DNA of 37,667 bases from Nemertoderma westbladi (lineage: Eukaryota; Animalia; Xenacoelomorpha), in the NCBI GenBank assembly GCA_032718475.1, contig JAUCBJ010000856.1:1-37667 (forward strand), in the 5' to 3' direction. Below, piece after piece: positions 22,372 to 34,600 of this stretch. Within the stretch, counting starts at the first letter, position 1; each line of letters begins with the position of its first letter. The notes under the pieces were generated by a model. That model saw only the letters and a list, made by a program, of their open reading frames with translations, was not told where the DNA came from and made no database searches. The translations under genes and the position numbers were made by a program.

Positions 22372-24185
22372 TTTTTTTTCTGTGAAAACATGAACTTTTT
22401 TTCTTCACTGTGAAAAGTTTCTAAACGATCAGAAATTTTTTTAGAAAATTTATATTTTGTTTAGGAAACCAAAATATTTTGCTCAATGGCAAATGAATTG
22501 AGAAAGTGAAAAGTATAGGCACGCAATACTGAGCTATTTTGCTTATTTTCTACTTTATTCAAACGTACGGTAGCGGTAGGCCTACATCCTGTAATCATAA
22601 ATATCATCGAAAAATTAAACTAATTGGGCCTAATTTAATACAGCTTTGGTAAACTAAAGCCATCTATTGGGAAGGAATACTCCACCTTATTGATGGACAC
22701 AGTAGAAAGGGCCAACGAAAACAATACATTTTGAGATAAAGCGTTGAAAGTTTTTGTTGTTGAAATTCAATTAAATGCTTATATTTTTCTTGTATTCTTT
22801 ATAGTAATCAACCCCAGCCATTATTTTTCATATGTTTCCTTGAAAAGTGCTATAAAATGACTATAAAATACGGGAATGACAGTGAAACACTCTTAGACTG
22901 TGACCATTGTATCAGTCTATGGCAATCTACGTAAGAACAATACCACAAATGAGTTTATTTAATATTATAGAGTTGGTACAAATTAAACTGATGGTGATGA
23001 ATCAGATTTAGAGGTTCAATGGTTCCATTTTGATGAATGAACAAACAAAAATGAGATATGGATAAGGCTAATGTCTGAATGTTAAATTGTGATATATATT
23101 ATTATATTCCAAACTCTTTAAAGTAAAATTTATAATTTTAAATTTGTTATATTCAATTTTTAGTTTTAGAAATATTCTAAACAAGTTTAAAAAATTTAGA
23201 AATCACTAATTTCATTTATTTTCATTTATAAATTTCACTAACATATTTAGAAAAAAAAACCTGCCCTGCAGGATATATTTACACCCCCCCCCCCCCCCCC
23301 CCCCCCTTCCACTACCCAATGAAACAAGAACCTCGCCCTGTCTCTTAATGTAAAATTAAATATATATAAAAAATATACTTAGATTACAAACGATACTAAC
23401 ATGCTAATTGCTAATAAATAATTATAATAGTCGAGATCGAGAATAAAACATGAAATTAAGGAGGCCGCCTGCCTTAGCAGCTTAGCTTGTAAATAATGCT
23501 AACGATGACCGGTATTCTTTAAATTATTATTTGCTAAGGGTTGTGTATAACTGTGTTCACACGTTTAATTTAGACTCACATAATAATTACATATAAATGT
23601 GAACTTAAAGCTGCTCTATACTTATATATAAATATTTTTAAAAATTTACTTATAAATAATTTAATACACCTTTCGTTGATCAAAGTCATTAATGACGTCC
23701 CCAGGTTGAAAAGTGACAATACCATAATTTGCAGCCACAGCTGTCTTTATCCACTCGCTACAATCTGACAATGAAAGGGTACAAGGGTAGTGTATATCAA
23801 ATCAACCATACACCAACGGTTCATTACAGGACAGGATAGAGAAATGCGATGGTAAATTTTATAATTTATTATTGGTATTTTGGGCGAATGAGTGGTTTCA
23901 TATAATTATAACCTTCGTTGATCGATGCTTAGCAAAGTCAACAATGACGTGCAAGTGGGATCAATCCAGTGACCTGGTTGGATTGTGGAGGTCACCCACC
24001 CCACACCCAGTGCCCAGCTAATAATAAATTTTAATTGTGGGGGTCTTCCTGTACAGTTGTCTCCCAAATTTTTCTACAAATATTAATGATATTGCTTGAA
24101 ATTTGAAACAGAGATAGTTTCACTTCCATGCTCCTTAGTGGGTGAGCCAGAATTTATATTTTCACTTGCAATCTTTATCTACAAG

Positions 24186-25280
24186 CAGGGTTGGCAACCA
24201 ATGGTTTTTCTCACCATTGGTTTTTTATGGTTTTTTGGTTTAACCAACTTTTAAAAAAAGGCGAAAAAATTGGTTTTTTATGGTTTTTTATGGTTTTTCA
24301 TAAAATTTTACAATTAACGCTGTAAATAATATAAAGCAGACTGGTAGTCGCATTTCTTTTTCATTTTGCACTATTAGAATGAAAAAATGAACACTTTGAG
24401 TTTTGCTCGCGTTTCTTTTGCATTTTGCACGCATTTCTTTTGCATTTTGCACGCGTTTCTTTTGCATTTTGCACTGTTACATGTAGAATGAAAAAATTTC
24501 GCTCACTTTGAGTTTTGCTCTCGTTTCTTTTTCATTTTGCACTGTTAGAAGGAAAAAATTTCGCTCACTTTGAGTTTTGCTCGCGTTTCTTTATCTTATC
24601 ATTTTGCTGTTTTGCACTGTTCAGCTGTTAGAATGAACAAATTTCTCTCACTTTGAGTTTTGCTCGCGTTTCTTTTTCATCTGTTCATTTTGCAATCTTA
24701 ATGAAAAGGTTTTATTGGCGTATGTTTCTCGTTTACATTGTTAAAATGTTGTGTGCGCGTTTTTTTCGGTGCATGCGCGGTATATTGTCCAATACTGCGG
24801 CGGGGCTGAAAAATTGTGCGCAGGCGTTGTGCGCGGTTCAGTGGTGGTTTGCAGCCTGGCGTGCAGTGGAGCAGTGCAGACGTCTGGACGTTGGTATGTA
24901 TTTTTACGTTGTATGTTGTTAGTATTTTGTCACATGCTGACATGGGCTGATGGGTTGGATGAGAATAAGGACAGAACAGCAGAAGAAACGCTTCAAACCA
25001 GCATACTGTATGTCAGTATGTGGCCTTATTCAGTTATTCCAGTCTGCCAGTATTTTGTTCTATTGTGTATTGGGCAAGCGCAAGGCAGCAAGGGTTGTAC
25101 TGTCAGACTGTTGTACGTAGACCCTACATTTGTATGTATTGCTGTAGCTGTATTGGATTTAATTAAACCACAGAAAAACCATAAAAAACCATAAAAAACC
25201 GAAAAAAACCATAAAAAACCAAACAATAAAACCAAAACCAAAAATTTTTTTTCAAAAAACCATGGTTTTTGCCATCCCTG
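24186..25280. mobile_element. Non-autonomous hAT (Ac-like) element, 1095 bp
   Basis: Perfect 8-bp TSD TCTACAAG (24178-24185, 25281-25288). TIR CAGGGTTGGCAA / TTGCCATCCCTG (11/12). Subterminal TGGTTTTT / AAAAACCA repeat clusters in mirrored orientation. Internal imperfect tandem repeats at ~24350-24695. Confidence 0.9.
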
Positions 25281-25806
25281 TCTACAAGCTACAGATTGCA
25301 AGCTGCAAGCTACAATTGCGGCGGAATTATATATTTCACTAAAAATACTAACCAGGATTTAGTCTCATGTACGCACGGTACAATCTGGCAATCCAGAAAT
25401 CAGATAGGCCTACCGGTACCGCACGCAGCACGGGTCCTACTGTTGCGGTTAGTTGCGGAAAGTTGGGTAAATTGCGGTTTTTAGTAGGACCGGTCATTGT
25501 CAGTAACTCAGTAACTCCTGAACAGCTGAACTCACCAATATAATATGAAGGTAGGGGTAGGCTGATCCTGGTAGCGTGGTAGGTAGGATGCATCCAACAG
25601 TACACAGTACAGCAGTAGGCTTTTCTACTAGAAGACGGGCAGACTAGCTCCAAGCTGCTAAGTCTGTAAGTTGTCAGGTTGTAGGCTACAGGCTGACGAT
25701 ATGACGATCTCAGCTTATTGGATTGGTAAATCCTGAAATCTCTGCCTGTCTGCAGCTCTGTTTTATGGCTGTATGGTCCAATTCTTGTCTTACCACTTAC
25801 AGTCTT

Positions 25807-25889
25807 AATTCCTGAATTCTGAAATGCACAGACTGACAGATGAAGCAATACCCGGTCTGCCGGTACAGCAATAGGCTGATAGCAGGATA
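25807..25889 (+). repeat. 83-bp direct repeat, left copy (target-site duplication of RTE-B copy 2)
   Basis: AATTCCTGAATTCTGAAATG...GCTGATAGCAGGATA, identical by eye to 29256-29338. Confidence 0.88.
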
Positions 25890-28800
25890 CTACTAGGATC
25901 GGCATGCTGCATTGTAGCTGCATTTTTAAGAATGCTGTGCCGGCTTGTCAACAAAATTGCACCGCCATAACTCCCTATCACCCATGACATTTGCTAGATC
26001 ATCCGCATCTTTAAGACCAGTGTCCTTTAAGATGCGTCTCAAGAAAGTCATGGGCTGTCCACCATCAACCATGCTTATTCACTCCATGAGGCTGCCAAAG
26101 TACAAGATTATGCACTGGCTGGTCCTCACGGCGAAAGCAATGTCCTGCAAAGCGGAGGCGATTTTGTTCTAGTGTCAAGCTTGGGGGAACCAATGAGACA
26201 CCTCCAATGTTATATAGTGTCTGGTTGGAGATGTGTGCATCGTACTTGACACAATGAACCCGGCGTAGCATTCTTGTGAATGTGCCATCCAGAGATTTGG
26301 TGTCCTCAGCCAGTCAGCAGTTAGAGCCCAGCATGGACTCCCATAGAGGAGTACTGGAACTACTGCTGCTCTAAATAATCGGACCTTAAGTTTCCGATTA
26401 ATTCTCGGTGACTTCCAAATCCTGGAAAGCCTATTCAAGGCTGCCCATGCCTTTCCCTTACGTATTCGAAGGTCCTCACCTGACTTCCGGATCCATGATC
26501 CCAGGTAACAGAAGTCGTCCACATGCTCAAGCATACCATCCTTTGAGCTTATGCTCATCCGATCAGAGACTTGCTGAGGACTTTCAAAGTTAACTGTCAG
26601 GATTTTGGTCTTTCTGGAGTTAATAAAAAGACCAACACTAGAAGCAGCATGTTCTAATGAGCTGAGGAGCCGTTGGGCTCCCTCTAATGTACTCCTAAGT
26701 CATCAGCAAAGTCTAGATCAGTTAGGTACTTGGCAGGATTTCCTCGACTTCTGGAGCCAGTAGGTTGAGTTTTCATCACCCCATCATCATTATGATGATC
26801 TAAGGACATGCGTAGAACATAGTCAACCACAATAATGAACAAGAATGGTGCAAGTGTGTCTCCTTGGAGGACGCCCCATAACACTTCAAATGGTTCTGTG
26901 TCACCGTCAACAGTAGACACAAATGTTGTCGAACCATCGTATACTGATCTGATTGCTGCAATAATTTCATCAGGAATCCCATATAATGAAAGTATGCTGA
27001 ACATACGTGAGCGAGAGACTGAATCAAAGGCCTTGAAGAAGTCAACAAAGATAACAGCCAGATGCCTGTCTTTCTTTTTTGATAATTCTTCAATTATCCT
27101 TCTAAGTGCCAAAATGGGCTCCATGGTCCCACGACCTTTACGGAACCCATTCTGATTTCCACGGAGCAGTCTCTCAATGGGATCCCTGATGCGATTTAAT
27201 AGAATCCTATTGTATAGCTTTGCAGCAATCGAGATCAATGAGATTCCCCGAAAAGAACCATAGAGTGTTAGGTTGCCCTTCTTGGGAACTGGCACCAACT
27301 TATTTGTTTTCATTTCTTGTGGGACTCTTGTTGTACGGTACATGTCTACTATGATGGGATAGATGAGCTTTAAACACTCAGGTATTTTAAAGACCTCAGG
27401 GGGAACACCATCTACTCCACTGGCACGATTGGTCTTAATGCTCTTTGCAGCAGCCTTCACTTCTGCAAAGGAGATATCGCCAATGGGAATATCTGGGAGT
27501 ACAGACTCAGACACCTTTACTTCTATAAAGTTATCAGGCAATACCCTGTCATTATTGAGGAGCTTTTCAAAGTGGGCTTTCCAACCATTGGGGCGATCGG
27601 CTGGTGATTCAGCCTTAACCTTGGTGGTTGGTTGGCTTTTCCGCCCAGTAAGCAGATTGATCGATTTCCATGCCTGGGATGATTGCCTGCTGTCGTCAGC
27701 ATCATTGATGGCATCAACCTGTTGGTTTATTAGCTCCTGTAGAGTAACAGAGTACTGCCTGTTCAGGGACCTAGATGCAGCCTTAACTGCATTCTTGGCC
27801 GCTGTCTGGCTGTAGTCTGTTTGAGTCGGGACTCTTTCTGCGCCTTATGAAGGTCATTTCGGCACTTTTGAATTTTGTTGTCAGTCCAGGCACCAGGGGG
27901 CCCTTTTCCTGTTTCGAGGGTATACAGGAACTGTTTCTGCAGCTGCTAACTTAACTGCTTCTGTAAAGGCAGTATAGCCCTCACAGTGATCTGCCGCCTC
28001 AGAGGCAAGAGCCTCATACCTGTTGCTCAGCTGTAGTGTGAAGCTGGATCTCACACTTGGCTGTTGCAACAGAGAGGACCGCCATGCCGCGGCAAGGCAG
28101 ATTTCGTTGTTCTGCTAGCACGCAGACTAAGTCTTACCTTGGCCACAATAAGGCGGTGATCACTGGAGAAGGGTGGAAGTGTAAATGCATTACAGTCTTG
28201 TATAGAGCTCCTGTATTTCCTACGAAACAGAATATGGTCTATCTGTCTATCTGGGACTTGTGACCATTGGGTCCACTATGAGTCCATAGCTTTCCAGTTC
28301 GCTTCTTGAACTGGGTTCCAGCCGAAAACAATCCATTTCCAGAGATAAAATCCTGAAGATGGACAGAATTTCGGTTAACACTATTGCTATAGACCCAGGG
28401 CGATGTAGGTGATTGATGCAGACTTGCATTAAAGTCTCCCAGGAATGTTAAGAATGCATGCTGATCCACTCCATCAGTAGCTGCTTGTAGATTGTGGTAG
28501 AAATTTTCCACCTCCTCTACAGGGGCAACACTAGTTGGAGAGTAGCACACAATCAGAACCACCTTAGGAAACTTCTTAGTAGCCAGTCTTCCAGAACATG
28601 CGAAGTGGCAACGGATGATGCGGTTAGAGATTTGGTCTATTTTGTCCAACAGGGTCCAATGCTGCATGTGCAGTTGGATTCATCAATAGACCAATTCCAC
28701 CATTGCCACTATCATCTGCTGACGCGAGGGCGAGTCGCCAACCGCCCCCCATGTCCTTAATCAGAACCTCATCAGTCTGTCCAGTCTGCATTCGGTGCTC

Positions 28801-29215
28801 TTGAACACCCACTGCGCTAAGAGAAAGCTTATCTGCCAAGGCAGTCAGCTCACCTTGTCGCATTGGGGACCCGAGTGTTAGGGTGTTTACTGAGGCTAGT
28901 CTAGTGACTTGCCTCAGATTCACCAATGGCTTTGTTGGTCGGGGTGGAACATGAGAGTAGCCTCCAACTCCAGAATCCCTCTCCCCATCACAATATGGCC
29001 TCCCTGGTGACCCAGGGTTTGGGCCAGAAAGGTCATCAGGAAAGGGACTCAAAGAATTGTTGACTGCTCTCTCTCCAGTAGGGGTTGAGACAGGCAGCCG
29101 GTCAGGAGTTAACTGACATGAAAGGGGTCTATGCAGCTACAGGTGGCACCTCCTTTATGCTGCATGGAGGTGGCAAGTTTTCTTGATCAATGACCTAGAA
29201 TACCTGACCTGACCT
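25890..29215 (-). mobile_element. RTE-B copy 2 (both termini present, ~465-bp deletion in the leader, frameshifted)
   Basis: 5' end AGGTCAGGTCAGGT at 29215. APE motifs VNTLTL, VGVQEHR, CYSPT, LGDFNA, SDH. RT motifs FVDFFKAFDS, QGDTLAP, FADD. TAG tail at 25890. Sequence equal to 34845-35310 is replaced by a 7-nt filler at 29118-29124. Confidence 0.93.
29125..29215 (-). ncRNA. Candidate structured RNA (pseudoknot) at the RTE-B 5' terminus
   Basis: Sense strand reads ...CTTGCC ACCTCC ATGCAGC ATAAA GGAGGT GCC ACCTGTA GCTGCAT AGACCC. ACCTCC:GGAGGT and ATGCAGC:GCTGCAT are interleaved stems. CAGGT can pair with ACCTG. Confidence 0.55.
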
Positions 29216-29255
29216 ATTCCAGTATTCCTGAATTCATTCAGAATCAATCATTCAG

Positions 29256-29338
29256 AATTCCTGAATTCTGAAATGCACAGACTGACAGATGAAGCAATAC
29301 CCGGTCTGCCGGTACAGCAATAGGCTGATAGCAGGATA
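29256..29338 (+). repeat. 83-bp direct repeat, right copy (target-site duplication of RTE-B copy 2)
   Basis: Identical by eye to 25807-25889. Confidence 0.88.
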
Positions 29339-30513
29339 GGGTACAACAAGTCTGCAAGTATCTAACTCCAAACTCCAACCGATCAGCCAATATCTGAATA
29401 TATCCACTTCCTAATTCAGAAATTATTGCTGAATTGAAATATATAAATAATGCAATAGGAATCCTACTGCCTACAGCGCTACAGCAGTACAGCTGTAACA
29501 CCAGTCAATAATACTGTAATACACCATCTGACAGTTCAGTTACAGGCACCGGTCTGCCGGTACTCAGTACTGCTGTACCGCAGTGTGCAGTGCCTTTATC
29601 AGCCTATTACTGTATTACAGTATTATGTATTACAGTCAGACAGTTCTACAGTTTATTACCGGTAAGCATATTACAATATTATCAATAAATTGGGGTATCC
29701 CATAGGCGTAGTATATCCTTTCAGCCTATTTTAACATATTTAACTTAATTTCGCGAATATTTAATTTCAATACTCACCATTTAAGGTACCCTTTAAAGGA
29801 AAGTGGAAGGTTATAATGGCAGGCTTTTCTAACCAAAACAATAAACTAAATTTAGGAATACAGTTTACAGTAAAAATGTTACTTCTAGGCAATAATTTTT
29901 CAATATTAATTTAACATTAACCCTATGAGAAGGCTGAAACGACACCCCAATTGGCAATTTGGTACAGGTACTGTTTGTAAAGCGGAGTGGGTGTTTTGGC
30001 TGTGACTTCCACCGTACCTGAAAATGGCAGGTTGAAAATTTAAAAAGTTGAATTTACGAAAGACTTTCAGAAGCAGTTCAACCCCGCTACCTATACTGTA
30101 GGCCTAGGCGGCAACATGATTAACATATTAACATGCAAAGTCCTTATATTTCTTTGTTTTTAACGTATATGTAATTACAGTATGTGCAGATATGTACAAC
30201 ACCATTTTGGCTCTAAACTGCAATCTTCGTATGTGTGCTGCCTGGGTTTCGTTACGAGTTCTCGATCCATCCTTATAATTCATCGAGTTGACACTTAAAT
30301 ATCAACGTGACTCACGTACTGCGCGATGGACCCACTGCGTGTATTTCTGTTAGAACAATATAAAAGGTGCCTTTGGAGAAAATAAAATGTAAATTCATCA
30401 AACAAAGCCATAGAAATTAACAAAATGCGTATGTAGGGGGGGGGGGGGGGGGGGGGGTGCTAAACGTAGATAATTATGTAGCGCAACAAATTATTTGCAC
30501 ACCTAATTAGATA

Positions 30514-30866
30514 ACTTTTTGCACCAAATAAACTCACTTTTCCACCGAAAACGGCTCACTTTACCACTAAATGTTATAAGGTCTGTCTATGGCCCTGGTT
30601 AGGGTCGCCCTGTCCAAACCCTAGGCAAAAAGTGTCTTCAACCCTAAATAACTGGAAACCTTGATTTCAACCAGGTTTGGCCAATTTTGCCCGAAAGGCC
30701 AATTGACTTTAATTGGCCATATTGGCCCCAGGTAGGGTTGAAAACCAGGTTTCCAGCTAGGTTAAGGGTTGAAGACACTTTTTGACTAGGGTTTCGATTG
30801 CCGAAGGTTGTTATATCTAATTGTAAAATATTTGGTGGAAAGTGATCCGTTTTGGTGCAAAGGTTA
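30514..30866. mobile_element. Foldback/MITE-like nested inverted repeat
   Basis: Inner arms AAACCCTAGGCAAAAAGTGTCTTCAACCCT...TTCAACC (30616-30672) and their imperfect complement (30736-30794). Outer degenerate arms at ~30514-30549 and ~30831-30866 (TTTGCACCAAA / TTTGGTGCAAA). True ends and TSD not resolved. Confidence 0.6.
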
Positions 30867-31673
30867 ATTTATTTGGTGGAGAAGGTGATATTTTGGTGTT
30901 GAAGTAAATCGTAGACGATAATTAGTACTGAAAAATAAATAAAAAATAAGGTGACATGTATAAGTTGTTACGGATTCATTGATAGGCCTACTAGTACAGT
31001 ACATAAAATTACAAAAATTAAAAAAGTCCTTATTGCATTTGCGGCGATTAAAGTTATCTAAATTAATTGCTTTCATAGTCTTAGAAGGTAATTAATTCCA
31101 GAATGGTTTACCGACAGACCGACAGTAGAAACTGTGAAATAGTTTTGAACTCGCTCAACAAAAGCAATGGTAAATAATTGGTACCAAAACCACATGCAGT
31201 AGGCCTATAGTCGAACTGAGGGTGGATGTATTATTCTACTACTACGGTAGCGCGAACGGCTCGGGCAGTGGAAATGAGGTCCTCCGAAATTATGCGAATA
31301 CCCATGGTTAATGGTAATGCAATTTCGTATTGCACACCGAATTGTAATCCATGTTCACCGATTACAATAAGTGGTGGTATTGTACCATAAAGCTCGGTTG
31401 TCTGTCATGTGTTGTCTCCAGCTGATGTTTAGGGCTGCCCTTAGTAGTCTTGTGTAGCAACCAACAATTATCAATTCGTTGCTCAAGTGATTTAGTCAGT
31501 GTCCAGGTCTCACCCCCGTATAAAAATACACTTTCCACTGTGGCTCGAAATAACTTAGTCTTCAGGTGCCTGGAGATATCTGATTTCCAGATGGTATCCA
31601 TTTTTGATAGAGCTACACAAGCCTTTGCTTTCCTAACTTCTTTGTCCTTTTTGCTACTCTCTATCCATGATCC

Positions 31674-34600
31674 TACTACTACTACTACTAGGATCGGCAT
31701 GCTGCATTGCAGCTGCATTTTTAAGAATGCTGTGCCGGCTTGTCAACAAAATTGCACCGCCACAACTCCCTATCACCCATGACATTTGCTAGATCATCCG
31801 CATCTTTAAGGCCAGTGTCCTTTAAGATGCGTCTCAAGAAAGTCATGGGCTGTCCACCATGCTTATTCACTCCATGAGGCTGCCAAAGTACAAGATTATG
31901 CACTGGCTGGTCCTCACGGCGAAAGCAATGTCCTGCAAAGCGGAGGCGATTTTGTTCTAGTGTCAAGCTTGGGGGAACCAATGAGACACCTCCAATGTTA
32001 TATAGTGTCTGGTTGGAGATGTGTGCATTGTACTTGACACAATGTACCCGGCGTAGCATTCTTGTGAATGTGCCATCCAGAGATTTGGTGTCCTCAGCAG
32101 TTAGAGCCCAGCATGGACTCCCGTAGAGGAGTACTGGAACTACTGCTGCTCTAAATAATCGGACCTTAAGTTTCCGATTAATTCTAGGTGACTTCCAAAT
32201 CCTGGAAAGCCTATTCAAGGCTGCCCATGCCTTTCCCTTACGTATTCGAAGGTCCTCACCTGACTTCCGGATCCATGATCCCAGGTAACAGAAGTCGTCC
32301 ACATGCTCCAGCATACCATCCTTTGAGCTTATGCTCATCAGATCAGAGACTTGCTGAGGACTTTCAAAGTTAACTGTCAGAATTTTGGTCTTTCTGGAGT
32401 TAATAAAAAGACCAACACTAGAAGCAGCATGTTCTAATGAGCTGAGGAGCCGTTGGGCTCCCTTTAATGATTCTGAGAGTACTCCTAAGTCATCAGCAAA
32501 GTCTAGATCAGTTAGGTACTTGGCATTATTTCCTCGACTTCTGGAGCCAGTAGGTGGAGTTATCATCACCCCATCATCATTATGATGATCTAAGGACATG
32601 CGTAGAACATAGTCAACCACAATAATGAACAAGAATGGTGCAAGTGTGTCTCCTTGGAGGACGCCCCATAACACTTCAAATGGTTCTGTGTCACAAATGT
32701 TGTCGAACCATCGTATACTGATCTGATTGCTGCAATAATTTCATCAGGAATCCCATATAATGAAAGTATGCTGAACATACGTGACCGAGAGACTGAATCA
32801 AAGGCCTTGAAGAAGTCAACAAAGATAACAGCCAGATGCCTGTCTTTCTTTTTTGATAATTCTTCAATTATCCTTCTAAGTGCCAAAATGGGCTCCATGG
32901 TCCCACGACCTTTACGGAACCCATTCTGATTTCCACGGAGCAGTCTCTCAATGGGATCCCTGATGCGATTTAATAGAATCCTATTGTATAGCTTTGCAGC
33001 AATCGAGATCAATGAGATTCCCCGAAAAGAACCATAGAGTGTAAGGTTGCCCTTCTTGGGAACTGGCACCAACTTATTTGTTTTCATTTCTTGTGGGACT
33101 CTTGTTGTTCGATACATGTCTACTATGATGGGATAGATGAGCTTTAAACACTCAGGTATTTTAAAGACCTCAGGGGGAACACCATCTACTCCACTGGCAC
33201 GATTGGTCGTAATGCTCTTTGCAGCAGCCTTCACTTCTGCAAAGGAGATATCGCCAATGGGAATATCTGGGAGTACAGACTCAGACACTTTTACTTCTAT
33301 AAAGTTATCAGGCAATACCCTGTCATTATTGAGGAGCTTTTCAAAGTGGGCTTTCCAACCATTGAGGCGATCGGCTGGTGATTCAGCCTTAACCTTGGTG
33401 GTTGGTTCGCTTTTCCGCCCAGTAAGCAGATTGATCGATTTCCATGCCTGGGATGATTGCCTGCTGTCGTCAGCATCATTGATGGCATCAACCTGTTGGT
33501 TTATTAGCTCCTGTAGATTAACAGAGTACTGCCTGTTCAGGGACCTAGATGCAGCCTTAACTGCATTCTTGGCCGCTGTAGTCTGTTTGAGTCGGGACTC
33601 TTTCTGCGCCTTATGAAGGTCATTTCGGCACTTCTGAATTTTGTTGTCAGTCAGGGGGCCCTTTTCCTGTTTCGAGGGTATACAGGAACTGTTTCTGCAG
33701 CTGCTAACTTAACTGCTTCTGTAAAGGCAGTATAGCCCTCACAGTGATCTGCCGCCTCAGAGGCAAGAGCCTCATACCTGTTGCTCAGCTGTAGTGTGAA
33801 GCTGGATCTCACACTTGGCTGTTGCAACAGAGAGGACCAGTCATGCCGCGGCAAGGCAGATTTCGTTGTTCTGCTAGCACGCAGAGTAAGTCTTACCTTG
33901 GCCACAATAACTGGAGAAGGGTCGAAGTGTAAATGCATTACAGTCTTGTATAGAGCTCCTGTATTTCCTACGAAACAGAATATGGTCTATCTGGGACTTG
34001 TGACCACTGGGTCCACTATGAGTCCATAGCTTTCCAGTTCGCTTCTTGAACTGGGTTCCAGCCGAAAACAATCCATTTCCAGAGATAAAATCCTGAAGAT
34101 GGACAGAATTTCGGTTAACACTATTGCTATAGACCCAGGGAGATGTAGGTGATTGATGCAGACTTGCATTAAAGTCTCCCAGGAATGTTAAGAATGCATG
34201 CTGATCCACTCCATCAGTTGCTGCTTGTAGATTGTGGTAGAAATTTTCCACCTCCTCTACAGGGGCAACACTAGTTGGAGAGTAGCACACAATCAGAACC
34301 ACCTTAGGAAACTTCTTAGCCAGTCTTCCAGAACATGAGAAGTGGCAACGGATGATGCGGTTAGAGATTTGGACTATTTTGTCCAATGCTGCATGTGCAG
34401 TTGGATTCATCAATAGACCAATTCCACCATTGCCACTATCATCTGCTGACGCGAGGGCGAGTCGCCAACCGCCCCCCATGTCCTTTATCAGAACCTCATC
34501 AGTCTGTCCAGTCTGCATTCGGTGCTCTTGAACACCCACTGCGCTAAGAGAAAGCTTATCTGCCAAGGCAGTCAGCTCACCTTGTCGCATTGGGGACCCG

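Noticed and set aside
24653-25301. ORFs inside the hAT element as a transposase
   Set aside because: No BED finger, DDE or hAT dimerisation motifs recognisable; the ORFs are short and overlapping.
29202-29215. TCAGG repeats as telomeric sequence, or telomerase-like addition from the ACCTG core
   Set aside because: Only 2-3 units, interstitial, and on the sense strand at the 5' end, which is the wrong polarity for first-strand copying of ACCUG. Simple base pairing is more economical.
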